DNA from: Candidatus Omnitrophota bacterium
Lineage (GTDB): Bacteria > Omnitrophota > Omnitrophia > Omnitrophales > Aquincolibacteriaceae
Length of the DNA: 64,000 nt
Assembly: GCA_016930235.1 (NCBI GenBank)
Contig: JAFGHI010000025.1
Coordinates: 16,437-80,436 of the forward strand
Reading direction: 5' to 3'
The position numbers and the translations under genes were made by a program. The notes below the pieces were generated by a model, which was given only the letters and a program-made list of their open reading frames with translations, was not told where the DNA came from and did not search any database. Of the stretch, positions 28,799 to 38,240 are shown one piece after another (the first letter of the stretch is position 1; each line of letters begins with the position of its first letter).

Positions 28799-29885
28799 CG
28801 GCCACCGGATTATCTTCCTCAATCAATCCTAGCATCTCTTCTTTAAAGCAAGGCTTGTCAAAATCCCGAATGTCCCCCGGGACATTTCCCCGCTCCCATG
28901 TTTTAGTCTCAAAATCCAGTATCTTTTCGCGAATCGCCCCGGGGCTTTGCTCCTCAAAGAAGAGACCGTTCATCACGCTCTCAAGGGCCCCACCCTTTTT
29001 GAACGCGATCACCGGAGTCCCGCAAGCCTGGGCCTCAAGCGGAACAATCCCGAAATCTTCATCGGTCGGGAAAATAACGGCCCGCGCCTCCGAATACAAT
29101 TTCCGAAGCTCTTCGGCTTGGACCACTCCCAAGAACCGAACCTTGGAACCTCCGGTTTCTTTGGCTTTTCGGCGATAAACTTCCTCTAAGGGGCCCGATC
29201 CGACAATCCATAGTTCCCGATCTAATCCTTGAAAAGCATCAATCACCAGATCCACTTTTTTATAAGGCACAAAAGCCGAGACAACGAGATAATAATTTTT
29301 TGGCTCCCCATCGGGATAAAATCCGGTCAGGTCAACGGGCGGATATATAACTTCAGCCTCGCGATGATAAAAAACCTCGATTCGTCTTCTAACATTCTCG
29401 GAATTGGCGATAAACCGATCAACGCTTGCATTGACCTGAAAGTCCCATTTCCTCAGGCTTGATAAAATCCATGCGATGAGCGGACGAATCCAACGAGGGA
29501 ATTTCCCGAAATAATCCTCTTCGTATCCCCACGCATACCGCATGGGCGTATGGCAATAACAGTAATGCCGTGCCCCTTTGGGGATTCGGACACCTTTGGC
29601 AACGCAATGCGAACTCGATATGACAATATCGCAAGGTTTGATTTGAAGGGTACGGACCACCCAGGGCAAAACCGGCAGCAACCACCGGTAATATTTTTTA
29701 ATGCCCGGCAAATACTGCAAAAAAGACGTCTTCACTTTTCTTTTTTTTAGAGTTTCGCTGATTTTATTTTTATCATAAAACAAGGTATGAATCACGGCCT
29801 CGGGATAAAGTTCCGCCAATGCCTCCAAAACTTTTTCCCCGCCACGCATATGAATCAACCAATCATGGACGAGCGCTACTTTCAT
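28785..29885 (-). CDS. GT4 glycosyltransferase (WbaZ-like)
   Basis: MKVALVHDWL...RGGEKVL, YCHTPMRYAW, EDFGIVPLEAQACGTPVIA. Confidence 0.92.
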   Translation of the reverse strand: MKVALVHDWLIHMRGGEKVLEALAELYPEAVIHTLFYDKNKISETLKKRKVKTSFLQYLPGIKKYYRWLLPVLPWVVRTLQIKPCDIVISSSHCVAKGVRIPKGARHYCYCHTPMRYAWGYEEDYFGKFPRWIRPLIAWILSSLRKWDFQVNASVDRFIANSENVRRRIEVFYHREAEVIYPPVDLTGFYPDGEPKNYYLVVSAFVPYKKVDLVIDAFQGLDRELWIVGSGPLEEVYRRKAKETGGSKVRFLGVVQAEELRKLYSEARAVIFPTDEDFGIVPLEAQACGTPVIAFKKGGALESVMNGLFFEEQSPGAIREKILDFETKTWERGNVPGDIRDFDKPCFKEEMLGLIEEDNPVADADN

Positions 29886-29902
29886 CGTGCCATATCCCAG
29901 TG

Positions 29903-29929
29903 ATAAGTTTTAAGCAATAAGTTGTAAGG
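29903..29929. repeat. Short class-5 (TAAG 7-mer) arm
   Basis: taagttt taagcaa taagttg taagg. Confidence 0.5.
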
Positions 29930-29939
29930 AAAAACAAAT

Positions 29940-29999
29940 TTATTCATCGGCCAGAACCTTTTTGTGAAATCCTGATATCATTCGACCCACTTCATCCAA
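29940..29999 (-). pseudogene. Putative C-terminal remnant of a four helix bundle gene
   Basis: Minus-strand frame reads LDEVGRMISGFHKKVLADE*, resembling the family's terminal helix; lies between repeat arms. Confidence 0.45.
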
Positions 30000-30053
30000 T
30001 CCAAAATCCGCATTCCCCGCCTGCCAGCAGACGGGCAGGCAAAATCCAAAATT
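29997..30053. repeat. Solo class-2 arm interrupted by a 24-nt hairpin
   Basis: caatccaaaatccgcattcc[ccgcctgccagcagacgggcaggc]aaaatccaaaatt versus the uninterrupted copy at 22871. Confidence 0.75.
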
Positions 30054-30064
30054 CTCCTGCGTTC

Positions 30065-31180
30065 TTATTTCCCAAGCACCCGCTCATAAACTTCCGCGGT
30101 TTCTTTGGCTGCATTTTCCCAACGGAATTGAGAGACATGCCTCAGGCCGCGCTTCTTGAAGTCTTCGCGCAGCGAATCTGATTTCTCGAGACGCACAATA
30201 GCATCCATCATTTCATGGTGGGCGCATGAATCAATCAAGCAGGCGGCATCTCCGACAACTTCCGGGATCGATGCCGCACGGCAAGCTAAAACCGGTGTTC
30301 CGCAAGCCATGGCTTCAAGCAGCGTCAATCCGAAGCCTTCGTAGAGGGACGGATGAATCAAAGCCAAGGCACCGCTATACAAATGCAAGAGCTCATCCTC
30401 CTCAACATAAGGGATATGAACGATGCGGTCCTTATTTTTTAAAGCCGATAACGCCTCATATCCGGCCGGATATTTTTTATCCTTCCGTCCCACAAGCACA
30501 AGTCCGGCATCGACACGGTTTTCCTCAATCAGATTGCCGAACAAATGGAGCAACCATAATACGTTCTTATGCGGCTTGATCATTCCGACATAAAGAAAAT
30601 AGGTCTCCGGAAGATTATATTTATCTCGCACAGCTTCAATTTTATTCACGTCTTCTGTCGGCCGAAACCGCTCATCAACACCTTCGTAAATAACCGAAAT
30701 CTTTTCGGGGTCAGCATCGAAATGCGTAATCAAATCATCGCGGGTTTTGCGGGATACCGCGATGATTTGATCTGCTTTTTTGACTGTCCGGGTCAACATT
30801 TTTCCGGCGTAAAGAGCCTGGAGAGGCGTAAAAAAATCTTTGCGAAATATCCAGTGGATCAAATCATGGATCGTCACCACCAACTTGGCATTGCCTTTCC
30901 AATAAGGAATGTTGTAATGCGGCGCATGCCACAATTCGCACTGCTGCAAGCATAAAGGATATTCAAGTTGTTCGGCGATGGAATAAATCGATGACCGGAA
31001 CGGATGGCAGGAAACTATATTTTGACCGTCCGGATCTGCATAAGACCCAAAATACTTGATGCTCCTGGCATTGACAACACCCGTCGCACGAAAAGCTTCG
31101 ACTAGACCTTGGATATAGGTGCCGATTCCCGTGTTACGGCTCATCCTGACATCGAATCCTACGCGGCAATTTCGCCCCAT
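30065..31180 (-). CDS. GT4 glycosyltransferase (mannosyltransferase-like)
   Basis: TGIGTY, VVTIHDLI, YFLYVG.IKPHKN, PSLYEGFGLTLLEAMACGTPV. Confidence 0.92.
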   Translation of the reverse strand: MGRNCRVGFDVRMSRNTGIGTYIQGLVEAFRATGVVNARSIKYFGSYADPDGQNIVSCHPFRSSIYSIAEQLEYPLCLQQCELWHAPHYNIPYWKGNAKLVVTIHDLIHWIFRKDFFTPLQALYAGKMLTRTVKKADQIIAVSRKTRDDLITHFDADPEKISVIYEGVDERFRPTEDVNKIEAVRDKYNLPETYFLYVGMIKPHKNVLWLLHLFGNLIEENRVDAGLVLVGRKDKKYPAGYEALSALKNKDRIVHIPYVEEDELLHLYSGALALIHPSLYEGFGLTLLEAMACGTPVLACRAASIPEVVGDAACLIDSCAHHEMMDAIVRLEKSDSLREDFKKRGLRHVSQFRWENAAKETAEVYERVLGK

Positions 31181-31185
31181 GACTC

Positions 31186-32433
31186 TTATGCCTCCCTACT
31201 CGACAAATATTCTTTTGCCGGGTTCGCCCGCGACTGAGATCCCGACGCCCCTGAACCCATCGAAGGATGATCTTTAGAACCGAGGGCCAACCGCACTTTT
31301 TCAACGACTTCATCGACAGTCATTTTATTCATACAGTCATGATGTCCCAAAGGGCATGTTTTTTCCTCGCACGGAGAGCACGATACGGTATGGGAAAGCA
31401 GATAGAGTTTACGTGAAACCGGATGCCAAGCCTGCCATGGATTCGTCCCGCTAAAGAGACAAACACACGGGATCCCTTGTGCGGCGGCTAAATGGGACGG
31501 CCCGGAATCATTACCAATAAAAAGATCACAGTGATCAAATAAAATCGGAAGATCCTCCAACCGGGTTTTTCCCCTCAAATCAACGATCGCTTTCCCGTTG
31601 AAACCATGTAGAGGATAACGCATCTTATCACGCTCGGACCCTATCACCACAACCTGCCCCACACCTTCCCCGACCATCCGATCAATTAACGTCTCATAAT
31701 TTTCGTGCGGCCATTCTTTGGATGGATATCCCGCATAGGGGTGAATCACAATCCTCAATTTCTCTTTGGGTTCCAAAACGCTTCCGAAGGACCGCCAAAA
31801 ACGCTCTTTTTTCTCTTGGGAATAAGTATACGGGGATTCCATGCTATTCGGATTGACTCCAAAACGTTCGAGCAAACGTAAATTAAGTCCCATCTGATGC
31901 AGATCCCGGGAATAATTTCCTTTCTCGGTTAATAGAAACCCTCCGCCTGTCTCCGCATAGCCCAACCGGTATGGGATACCGCTTGAAAACATGAGTAGGA
32001 TATTCCGGAGATCTCCTCGAAAATCAATCGCGAGATCATAATTCTTTTTCCGGATCATCGAAGCGGCACGAATAAAACTTCGCACCCTCTTTCCCAGATT
32101 CGATTGTCTTGAAAACCAGTGATCGTCCATTCCGATCACTTGGCGAATGCCCCGGGAATCCTCAAAGAGAGGCTTTATTTCATGCGAAACAAGAAGGTCA
32201 ATTTCCGACGTCGGGAATGCCCGGCATAAAGCCTCTAACGCGGGTTTCGTCATCGTCACATCGCCGATATGATCAAGGCGAATTACCAAGATACGTCTGA
32301 AACAGTCCGAGGATACTTTTTTTCTGAAAAGACTAAATGGAAAGACAAGGATGTAGCCCCCTAGATCCAGCAGCATCATGACCCAACGTTTCCATCGGCT
32401 TTTAAAAACATATCGTGGAAAGATACCCAACAT
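31186..32433 (-). CDS. GT9 glycosyltransferase (heptosyltransferase-like)
   Basis: ILVIRLDHIGDV, IHP.AG..SKEWP, DLRGKT.L, FIGNDSGPSHLAAA, CSPC...C; start moved to ATG 32433 after GAGGTG. Confidence 0.88.
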   Translation of the reverse strand: MLGIFPRYVFKSRWKRWVMMLLDLGGYILVFPFSLFRKKVSSDCFRRILVIRLDHIGDVTMTKPALEALCRAFPTSEIDLLVSHEIKPLFEDSRGIRQVIGMDDHWFSRQSNLGKRVRSFIRAASMIRKKNYDLAIDFRGDLRNILLMFSSGIPYRLGYAETGGGFLLTEKGNYSRDLHQMGLNLRLLERFGVNPNSMESPYTYSQEKKERFWRSFGSVLEPKEKLRIVIHPYAGYPSKEWPHENYETLIDRMVGEGVGQVVVIGSERDKMRYPLHGFNGKAIVDLRGKTRLEDLPILFDHCDLFIGNDSGPSHLAAAQGIPCVCLFSGTNPWQAWHPVSRKLYLLSHTVSCSPCEEKTCPLGHHDCMNKMTVDEVVEKVRLALGSKDHPSMGSGASGSQSRANPAKEYLSSREA

Positions 32434-32552
32434 TTCACCTCGAAATAACCTTTCGCTTTCAATGATCATCACCGAACCGGCATGATCTTTTTTGAAGAAA
32501 CCCATCCCGCACAGCAACCCTTTTTTAGAAACAGCCGTGCCGGATATCGATC

Positions 32553-32711
32553 TTAAAACAGTGTGTAAATAAAAGGAGTCACGGCTGAACCTTGTGTAAA
32601 AACAATTAATGCCCCGAGTAAAAGCATGACGAGGACGATCGGCGTCAGCCACCATTTTTTTCTGACTTTAAGAAAATCCCAAAATTCCTTCAGGATCGAT
32701 AGTTTTCCCAT
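32553..32711 (-). CDS. DUF5989/SxtK-like small membrane protein (52 aa)
   Basis: Not in the ORF track. Hand translation MGKLSILKEFWDFLKVRKKWWLTPIVLVMLLLGALIVFTQGSAVTPFIYTLF. Confidence 0.88.
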   Translation of the reverse strand: MGKLSILKEFWDFLKVRKKWWLTPIVLVMLLLGALIVFTQGSAVTPFIYTLF

Positions 32712-32725
32712 ATGGTTTTCCTTTT

Positions 32726-33142
32726 TTAATACTGAACCTCATACTTTTTAGGATTAAACTCACATTGTTCTCGATGAATCCAATAACTTTCCTTATTCTC
32801 CCGAAAGGATAGGTCTAAGAATCGTTTTCCCAATATTCGACTCAATAGCCCGATCGGCGTTACGACAAGATAAAACAAGATTGTTAAAATAATCCGCGTC
32901 ATGACCCACCCCATCATGAGCGCCAGCGTCATCCAGATTTTGTGGATAGGCCATAGTAAGACGGGTGCTATGAAACCGGCAAGAAAGAAGAAAGCCGCAG
33001 CATAAATCAGCACCACGGGCCGGACGCCATGGAGCCACCAGGCAAGCCCAAAAATCACGACGGAAGCAATGGTCATAACCTTCGCAAACGATCGCAATTC
33101 CTTTTTCCCGCTTTTGATGGTTTTCATTTCATGCAAAAACAC
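32726..33142 (-). CDS. SxtJ-family membrane protein
   Basis: ELRSF, P.LL.PI.K.WM.L...GWVMTRIIL..LFYLVVTPIGL, SYWI.R, Y..QY. Confidence 0.85.
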   Translation of the reverse strand: MFLHEMKTIKSGKKELRSFAKVMTIASVVIFGLAWWLHGVRPVVLIYAAAFFFLAGFIAPVLLWPIHKIWMTLALMMGWVMTRIILTILFYLVVTPIGLLSRILGKRFLDLSFRENKESYWIHREQCEFNPKKYEVQY

Positions 33143-33154
33143 TTTTTTTCTCCC

Positions 33155-34972
33155 CTAATCTAACTCAAATTCTTTCAACCAATCGATATCTTTATCTAAC
33201 GGTTTTTGCTCTGTCTTTTCCAGCAAATATCGACCCATAATCAAATAATCCATGTTCGTTCTCATAAAGCACAGATAGGCATGTTCCGGACTGCAGACAA
33301 TCGGCTCGCCGCGAACGTTAAACGATGTATTGATAATCACCGGGCAGCCATATTTGTCGTTGAAGATCTTGATCATTTTATAATACCGGGGGTTATCTTC
33401 CTCCTTAATCGTCTGCAATCTTGCCGAAAAATCGACATGCGTCACCGCAGGGATATCCGACCGGATGGTATTCAACTTCGCCAATCCGAATCTCTTCTCT
33501 TCTTCATCGGTAAGCTGTTTTCTCCTGCCCCCCTGGACATCGGCGACAAGCTGCATATAAGGACTTTCACAATCGATATCAAAATATTCTTTTGTCTTTT
33601 CATAAAGGACCGTCGGAGCAAACGGACGAAAACTCTCACGGAATTTGATTTTCAGGTTCATGATTTCCTGCATCTTGGGTGAACGCGCATCTCCGATGAT
33701 CGAACGGTTTCCCAAGGCCCTCGGACCAAATTCCATTTTGCCTTGGAACCATCCGATAACATTTTCGGCGGCAATCAAATCAGCAATCTTCTCAGGGACT
33801 TCTTCGTCTTTGAGTTCGACATAAGGGACTCCTTTTTTATCCAGAAAAGATTTGACCGCCTCATCGGAAAATTCAGGCCCCAAGTAAGAAGCGGCCATTT
33901 GATCTTTCCTAGAATCAACATTTCGTTGATTCCCAAGGTATTGATACCAGGCTAATAAAGCCGCCCCTAAGGCACCTCCCGCATCACCGGCGGCCGGCTG
34001 GATCCAGATATTTTCAAACGGGCCGTTACGGAGGATTTTCCCGTTCGCAACACAGTTAAGGGCAACCCCCCCTGCTAAGCATAAATTTTTCATTCCGGTT
34101 ATTTTGTGCGAATATCGCGCCATTTTCATCATGACTTCCTCGGTCACATCTTGGACGGACCGCGCTAAGTCCATGTCCCGTTGCGTCAGCTTGGATTCTG
34201 GTTTTCTCGGAGGCCCTCCAAACAATCGGTGGAACCGGTCATTCGTCATTCTCAAACCGGCGCAGTAATCAAAGTATTTCATATTAAGCTTAAAAGAGCC
34301 GTCATCCTTGACATCGATCAGTTCTCTGAGAATGACGTCTTTGTATTTTGGAATGCCGTACGGCGCCAGCCCCATCACCTTATATTCTCCGGAATTCACC
34401 TTGAATCCCGTGTAGTACGTAAAAGCCGAATACAGAAGCCCTAAAGAGTGCGGAAAACGAATCTCCGACAAAAGCTCGATACGGTTCCCACGCCCCACGC
34501 CAATACTGGCAGTGGCCCATTCACCCACACCATCAGCCGTAATCACGGCAGCTTCTTCGAAGGGCGACGCATAAAAGGCCGACGCGATATGCGATTCGTG
34601 ATGCTCAGGAAATAGGATTCGGCCCTCATAATCCAGTTTTTCATTGATCAAGGACTTGATCCAAAGCTTTTGCTTAATCCAAAGGGGCATAGCTTTGATA
34701 AAAGACTGGATCCCATAAGGAGCAAAAGTCAGGTAGGTTTCTAAAAGCCTCTCAAATTTTACAAACGGCTTGTCATAAAAGGCTGCAAGATCCAAATCTT
34801 TGCCTTGAATTCCCCCTGCTTCCAGACAAAAACGGATAGCATTCTCCGGAAATTCATGATCATGCTTTTTACGGGTAAACCGCTCCTCTTGGGCCGCGGC
34901 GACTATACGGCCGTCCTCGACAAGGCATGCGGCCGAATCATGATAGTAAGCTGAAATGCCTAGAATTTTCAT
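33155..34972 (-). CDS. Carbamoyltransferase (NodU/CmcH family)
   Basis: ILGISAYYHDSAA, EERFTRKKH, EHHESH, DGVGE, GEYKVMGLAPYG, AGGVALNC, EFGPRALGNRS, INTSFNVRGEPIV. Confidence 0.95.
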   Translation of the reverse strand: MKILGISAYYHDSAACLVEDGRIVAAAQEERFTRKKHDHEFPENAIRFCLEAGGIQGKDLDLAAFYDKPFVKFERLLETYLTFAPYGIQSFIKAMPLWIKQKLWIKSLINEKLDYEGRILFPEHHESHIASAFYASPFEEAAVITADGVGEWATASIGVGRGNRIELLSEIRFPHSLGLLYSAFTYYTGFKVNSGEYKVMGLAPYGIPKYKDVILRELIDVKDDGSFKLNMKYFDYCAGLRMTNDRFHRLFGGPPRKPESKLTQRDMDLARSVQDVTEEVMMKMARYSHKITGMKNLCLAGGVALNCVANGKILRNGPFENIWIQPAAGDAGGALGAALLAWYQYLGNQRNVDSRKDQMAASYLGPEFSDEAVKSFLDKKGVPYVELKDEEVPEKIADLIAAENVIGWFQGKMEFGPRALGNRSIIGDARSPKMQEIMNLKIKFRESFRPFAPTVLYEKTKEYFDIDCESPYMQLVADVQGGRRKQLTDEEEKRFGLAKLNTIRSDIPAVTHVDFSARLQTIKEEDNPRYYKMIKIFNDKYGCPVIINTSFNVRGEPIVCSPEHAYLCFMRTNMDYLIMGRYLLEKTEQKPLDKDIDWLKEFELD

Positions 34973-35196
34973 ATCTCGTTTATTAACCGACAGTTACAAA
35001 CTATATTTCGGCATGAAAATGGCACAGTTTTTCTGTGGTAAATGTGTAGAATACCTTTTTTTATATATCGAATCAAGCTTCATTATTCCTTGTCATTTCG
35101 TCACTTAGAGCAAACTGAGCCGAAAATTTTGAGGTGGATAAGTCTGGAGGGTCAAGGCGAGCTATAGGACGAAAATCTTGGAAAGACCTGCCTATT

Positions 35197-36450
35197 TTAT
35201 GGTTCGGAGGCAGAGGCCATGTTCTGATACGCCCATTGAATCCCCATAAGAAACCAAAATTGCATGACAGGTTGCGGGTTATGAAGTACGGTATCGATCA
35301 AAGCCATGATTAAGAAGTTGAATAAACCGACAAGTAATCCGAACCGTAATGTTGTCACTCCGAACCACTTAGCATGTCCGCGGCTTAGCACTCCCTTGAG
35401 CGCTTTTGAAAAATAAAGAATCAAAAACAACAAAAATAGCAGCAAGCTCGGAATTCCCGTTTCGGCTGCCATTTGCAGATAACCGTTATGAGCGTAATAT
35501 CCAATTACCCGCTTATTACGCGTCTTGTCATATTTCCCGTGGGCCATCGCATAAGTATTAATCCCTGTCCCGCCAAGAGGCGCAGCCTGAATCACATGGA
35601 TAGCCCGGTCCCACAAATAATATCTCTCAACAAGCGATTGTTCTTTCCCTTCTGCGTCTAAGTGGATAATCATCCCCTTGGGTAGAACCCAGAATCCCGC
35701 CAAGGCCAGAGCGCCTATAACCGTTAGCCATTTCCACTGTTTTGCCAAGATAAGAGCTGCCAAAAGGCCTATGATGAACGCTAGCAAACATCCTCGAGAA
35801 CGTGTCATAAAAAGTAAGACAAGTCCTAATATAACTAATATCCCGAAAAAAGCTGTGGCCGCTTTTGATTTTTTCTTTTTGATGTTATCCACAGCCAAGG
35901 ATGCCATCACGGGAATCGTCATGATCAAATAAGCGCCCAATAATCCGTAGCTCTTGAAAGAAGCCGAAATGCGCAATCCCGCGCTCGATTCTTCGGGCGC
36001 ATAGCCTCGCAAAAAATCGTGCCCGAATAAATATTGGACAAATCCATCGATAACCATGACGGCAAATAAGGCCATAAAGACTTTTTCGAATTGGTTAAGC
36101 GCCTTTTGAGCACAGAAGACATCGGCGACCATCCAAAAAAGCATGACCTGTTGTAAAACCTTAAAGATACCCCGGTAACTCAGTCCCGGATAACTTGACC
36201 CAAAATAGGAAAGTATACAAATCAGGACGAATCCGATCAGGGGCCAAAAAATCCCCCACTTTGAGATCCGAGGCAAGACCGATCGATGCAAAAATTTGTT
36301 CAGGAGCCAGCATCCGAAAGCGATGGAGAAAGAAATTTCAATAAGCGCAGGCGAAAAAGCGGAGGATGCCCAGAAAACAAGCAACGTGTAAAAAGTCACT
36401 TTCTCCAAAACAACTTCGCCCTTGACCACTCGATCGCTCACGGTTTTCAA
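35197..36450 (-). CDS. O-antigen ligase/Wzy-like membrane protein
   Basis: TRSRG, ER...W..AI.VI...PL.GTG, AHNGYLQ..AETGI; probable TTG start overlapping the upstream stop. Confidence 0.85.
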   Translation of the reverse strand: MKTVSDRVVKGEVVLEKVTFYTLLVFWASSAFSPALIEISFSIAFGCWLLNKFLHRSVLPRISKWGIFWPLIGFVLICILSYFGSSYPGLSYRGIFKVLQQVMLFWMVADVFCAQKALNQFEKVFMALFAVMVIDGFVQYLFGHDFLRGYAPEESSAGLRISASFKSYGLLGAYLIMTIPVMASLAVDNIKKKKSKAATAFFGILVILGLVLLFMTRSRGCLLAFIIGLLAALILAKQWKWLTVIGALALAGFWVLPKGMIIHLDAEGKEQSLVERYYLWDRAIHVIQAAPLGGTGINTYAMAHGKYDKTRNKRVIGYYAHNGYLQMAAETGIPSLLLFLLFLILYFSKALKGVLSRGHAKWFGVTTLRFGLLVGLFNFLIMALIDTVLHNPQPVMQFWFLMGIQWAYQNMASASEP

Positions 36451-37196
36451 GAGCCCCCCCGACCGAAAGCTTTCAAGAAGCGCTGATATTTTAAAAAAAC
36501 ATAATAAGCCGACAGTCGAGCATACTGAAAACCTGCCCAACCGTCCCGCCAACCCGACTTCCAAATATAAAGAAAAAGAAATTTCCCCGAAGCTCTCAGG
36601 TACGGGTCCATTCTTCGTACTGACTGTCCCCGGTTTTGGATTACCTTCAATTCCAAAGGAATATATCGATCAAGCTTTTCTTGATAATGTTTCCGGTCTT
36701 GCGTGCTGAAATGAACAATGGTTTGATGCAAATATTCAACATCCAGCTTTGTCACCAGCTCTTCATGGACGGGTTGTGCATAATGAGCCTTGCCTCGGGG
36801 AAATAACCGGATCGGATAATCATCCTGTGTCCCGCTGAAACCGAGCCTCTTGCCGAAAAAAAAAGTCTGCCGCTTAATCCCATAAACACATTCTTCTTTG
36901 TCCTGCTGGACAATCTCTGATATTTCGGATTTGAGTCTCGGCGTGACCCTCTCATCGGCATCCAGAATCAATATCCAGTCTCCGGAGGCCTTTCGGATGG
37001 CTTCATTCTTCTGAGTTGAGAAATCCTTGAAGGGTATCCGAAAAACCTTGTCCGTATACTTTCTTGCAAGGGCCATGGTTTCATCACGGCTTCCCCCATC
37101 CACGACCACAATCTCATCGGCCCAACGCACCGACTCCAGACAGGATTCAATGTTTTCTTCTTCATTTAACGTGATCACAACCGCTGACAAGGTCAT
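36447..37196 (-). CDS. GT2 glycosyltransferase (KdtX/WaaE-like)
   Basis: LSAVVITLNEE, VDGGS.D.T, ILDADERV, VHE. Confidence 0.9.
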   Translation of the reverse strand: MTLSAVVITLNEEENIESCLESVRWADEIVVVDGGSRDETMALARKYTDKVFRIPFKDFSTQKNEAIRKASGDWILILDADERVTPRLKSEISEIVQQDKEECVYGIKRQTFFFGKRLGFSGTQDDYPIRLFPRGKAHYAQPVHEELVTKLDVEYLHQTIVHFSTQDRKHYQEKLDRYIPLELKVIQNRGQSVRRMDPYLRASGKFLFLYIWKSGWRDGWAGFQYARLSAYYVFLKYQRFLKAFGRGGS

Positions 37197-38068
37197 CGTT
37201 CCCCCTTAAACCACAAAGCTTGCCAGAACCCCCTCACGAAAGCAACGTTTCCTCTCAGTAGTGAAAAAAGAATCCGCGGTGGCAAAAAAACAAGATGAGC
37301 TGTCCAGAAAGCGAACTCTCGAAAATTTTTCCACATGAAAAGAAAGGTATTCCGATAAGCTAAAACAGCAACTTCTCCGGCCCCAAAACGGCGCTTAAAA
37401 CTCACTTGCCCAAGATGATAGACAACACTCTTGGGTTCATAATAAAGCCGGTAACCGGCACGACGCGCCCGATGACACAAATCAACATCCTCCAGGATTC
37501 CCGGCAGATATCGCTCATCATATCCCCCCAATTCTAAAAATATCTTTCTTGAAAAGGCCCCGAAACCGGAGGAATAGGTTTCCGAAGCCTGATCTGCTTC
37601 CTTGTCATATCCCGGATATCTGGCATCACACCAAAACATTCCCCAGCGCATCCCCGCTTTTGAACGGGCTGCCTGAATTTCAGCGCCATCAAAACTCATC
37701 ACTTTCGGCGCAACCAAGAAAGTCTTCGAATCCTGCCGAAATCTCTCGATCAACGGATCGACAAAACCTTTGTCGACCCGGATATCGTTATTCAGCAAAA
37801 TGGCCACGGGCTCCTGCATAACCGTCAAATAATCGTTATAAGAGCAAAGAAGCTTGTTCGCCGGAGAGGTCCATAATTCGACCTCGGGATAATTTTTTCT
37901 GACATAATCAAGTCCGTCATCCGTGCTTAAATTGTCCAGGATAGTCACCCCTGTCGGACACTCCGCTTTTCTTGCCGCTTCGACGATACTCGGAAGACAC
38001 TGCGGCAAAAGATCTTGGCCGTTATAATTCAAGATGACTATTCGTGCTCTTAGCGTTTCAGTGCCCAT
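37193..38068 (-). CDS. GT2 glycosyltransferase
   Basis: IVILNYNG, DN.STD, LLNND, LGGYDE.Y....EDVDLC.RA. Confidence 0.9.
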   Translation of the reverse strand: MGTETLRARIVILNYNGQDLLPQCLPSIVEAARKAECPTGVTILDNLSTDDGLDYVRKNYPEVELWTSPANKLLCSYNDYLTVMQEPVAILLNNDIRVDKGFVDPLIERFRQDSKTFLVAPKVMSFDGAEIQAARSKAGMRWGMFWCDARYPGYDKEADQASETYSSGFGAFSRKIFLELGGYDERYLPGILEDVDLCHRARRAGYRLYYEPKSVVYHLGQVSFKRRFGAGEVAVLAYRNTFLFMWKNFREFAFWTAHLVFLPPRILFSLLRGNVAFVRGFWQALWFKGER

Positions 38069-38204
38069 ATCCTCTTTTCGCGATCGCTTGATTCCCGTTT
38101 CAAACTACAAATGACATAGTCTAGCGGAAAACATTTCATTCGCAATGCTTTCTTCAATCTCCATCCGTACCCACTTCCCTGCCTCTATCCTCTTAAGCTT
38201 TCCC

Positions 38205-38233
38205 TTGACAATTTCTCCTCGTTTCGCTATTTT
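38205..38233 (+). promoter_or_regulatory. Sigma70-like promoter, probably producing a leaderless mRNA
   Basis: TTGACA-N17-TATTTT; ATG follows 7 nt after the -10 box with no SD. Confidence 0.55.
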
Positions 38234-38240
38234 CCGGGTC

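Noticed and set aside
32434-32655. Long N-terminal extension of the GT9 ORF
   Set aside because: It overlaps the DUF5989-like gene, and a good SD precedes ATG 32433.
32553-34972. Saxitoxin biosynthesis cluster
   Set aside because: Only sxtI/J/K-like genes are present; no sxtA, sxtG or sxtB-like genes, and the context is LPS.
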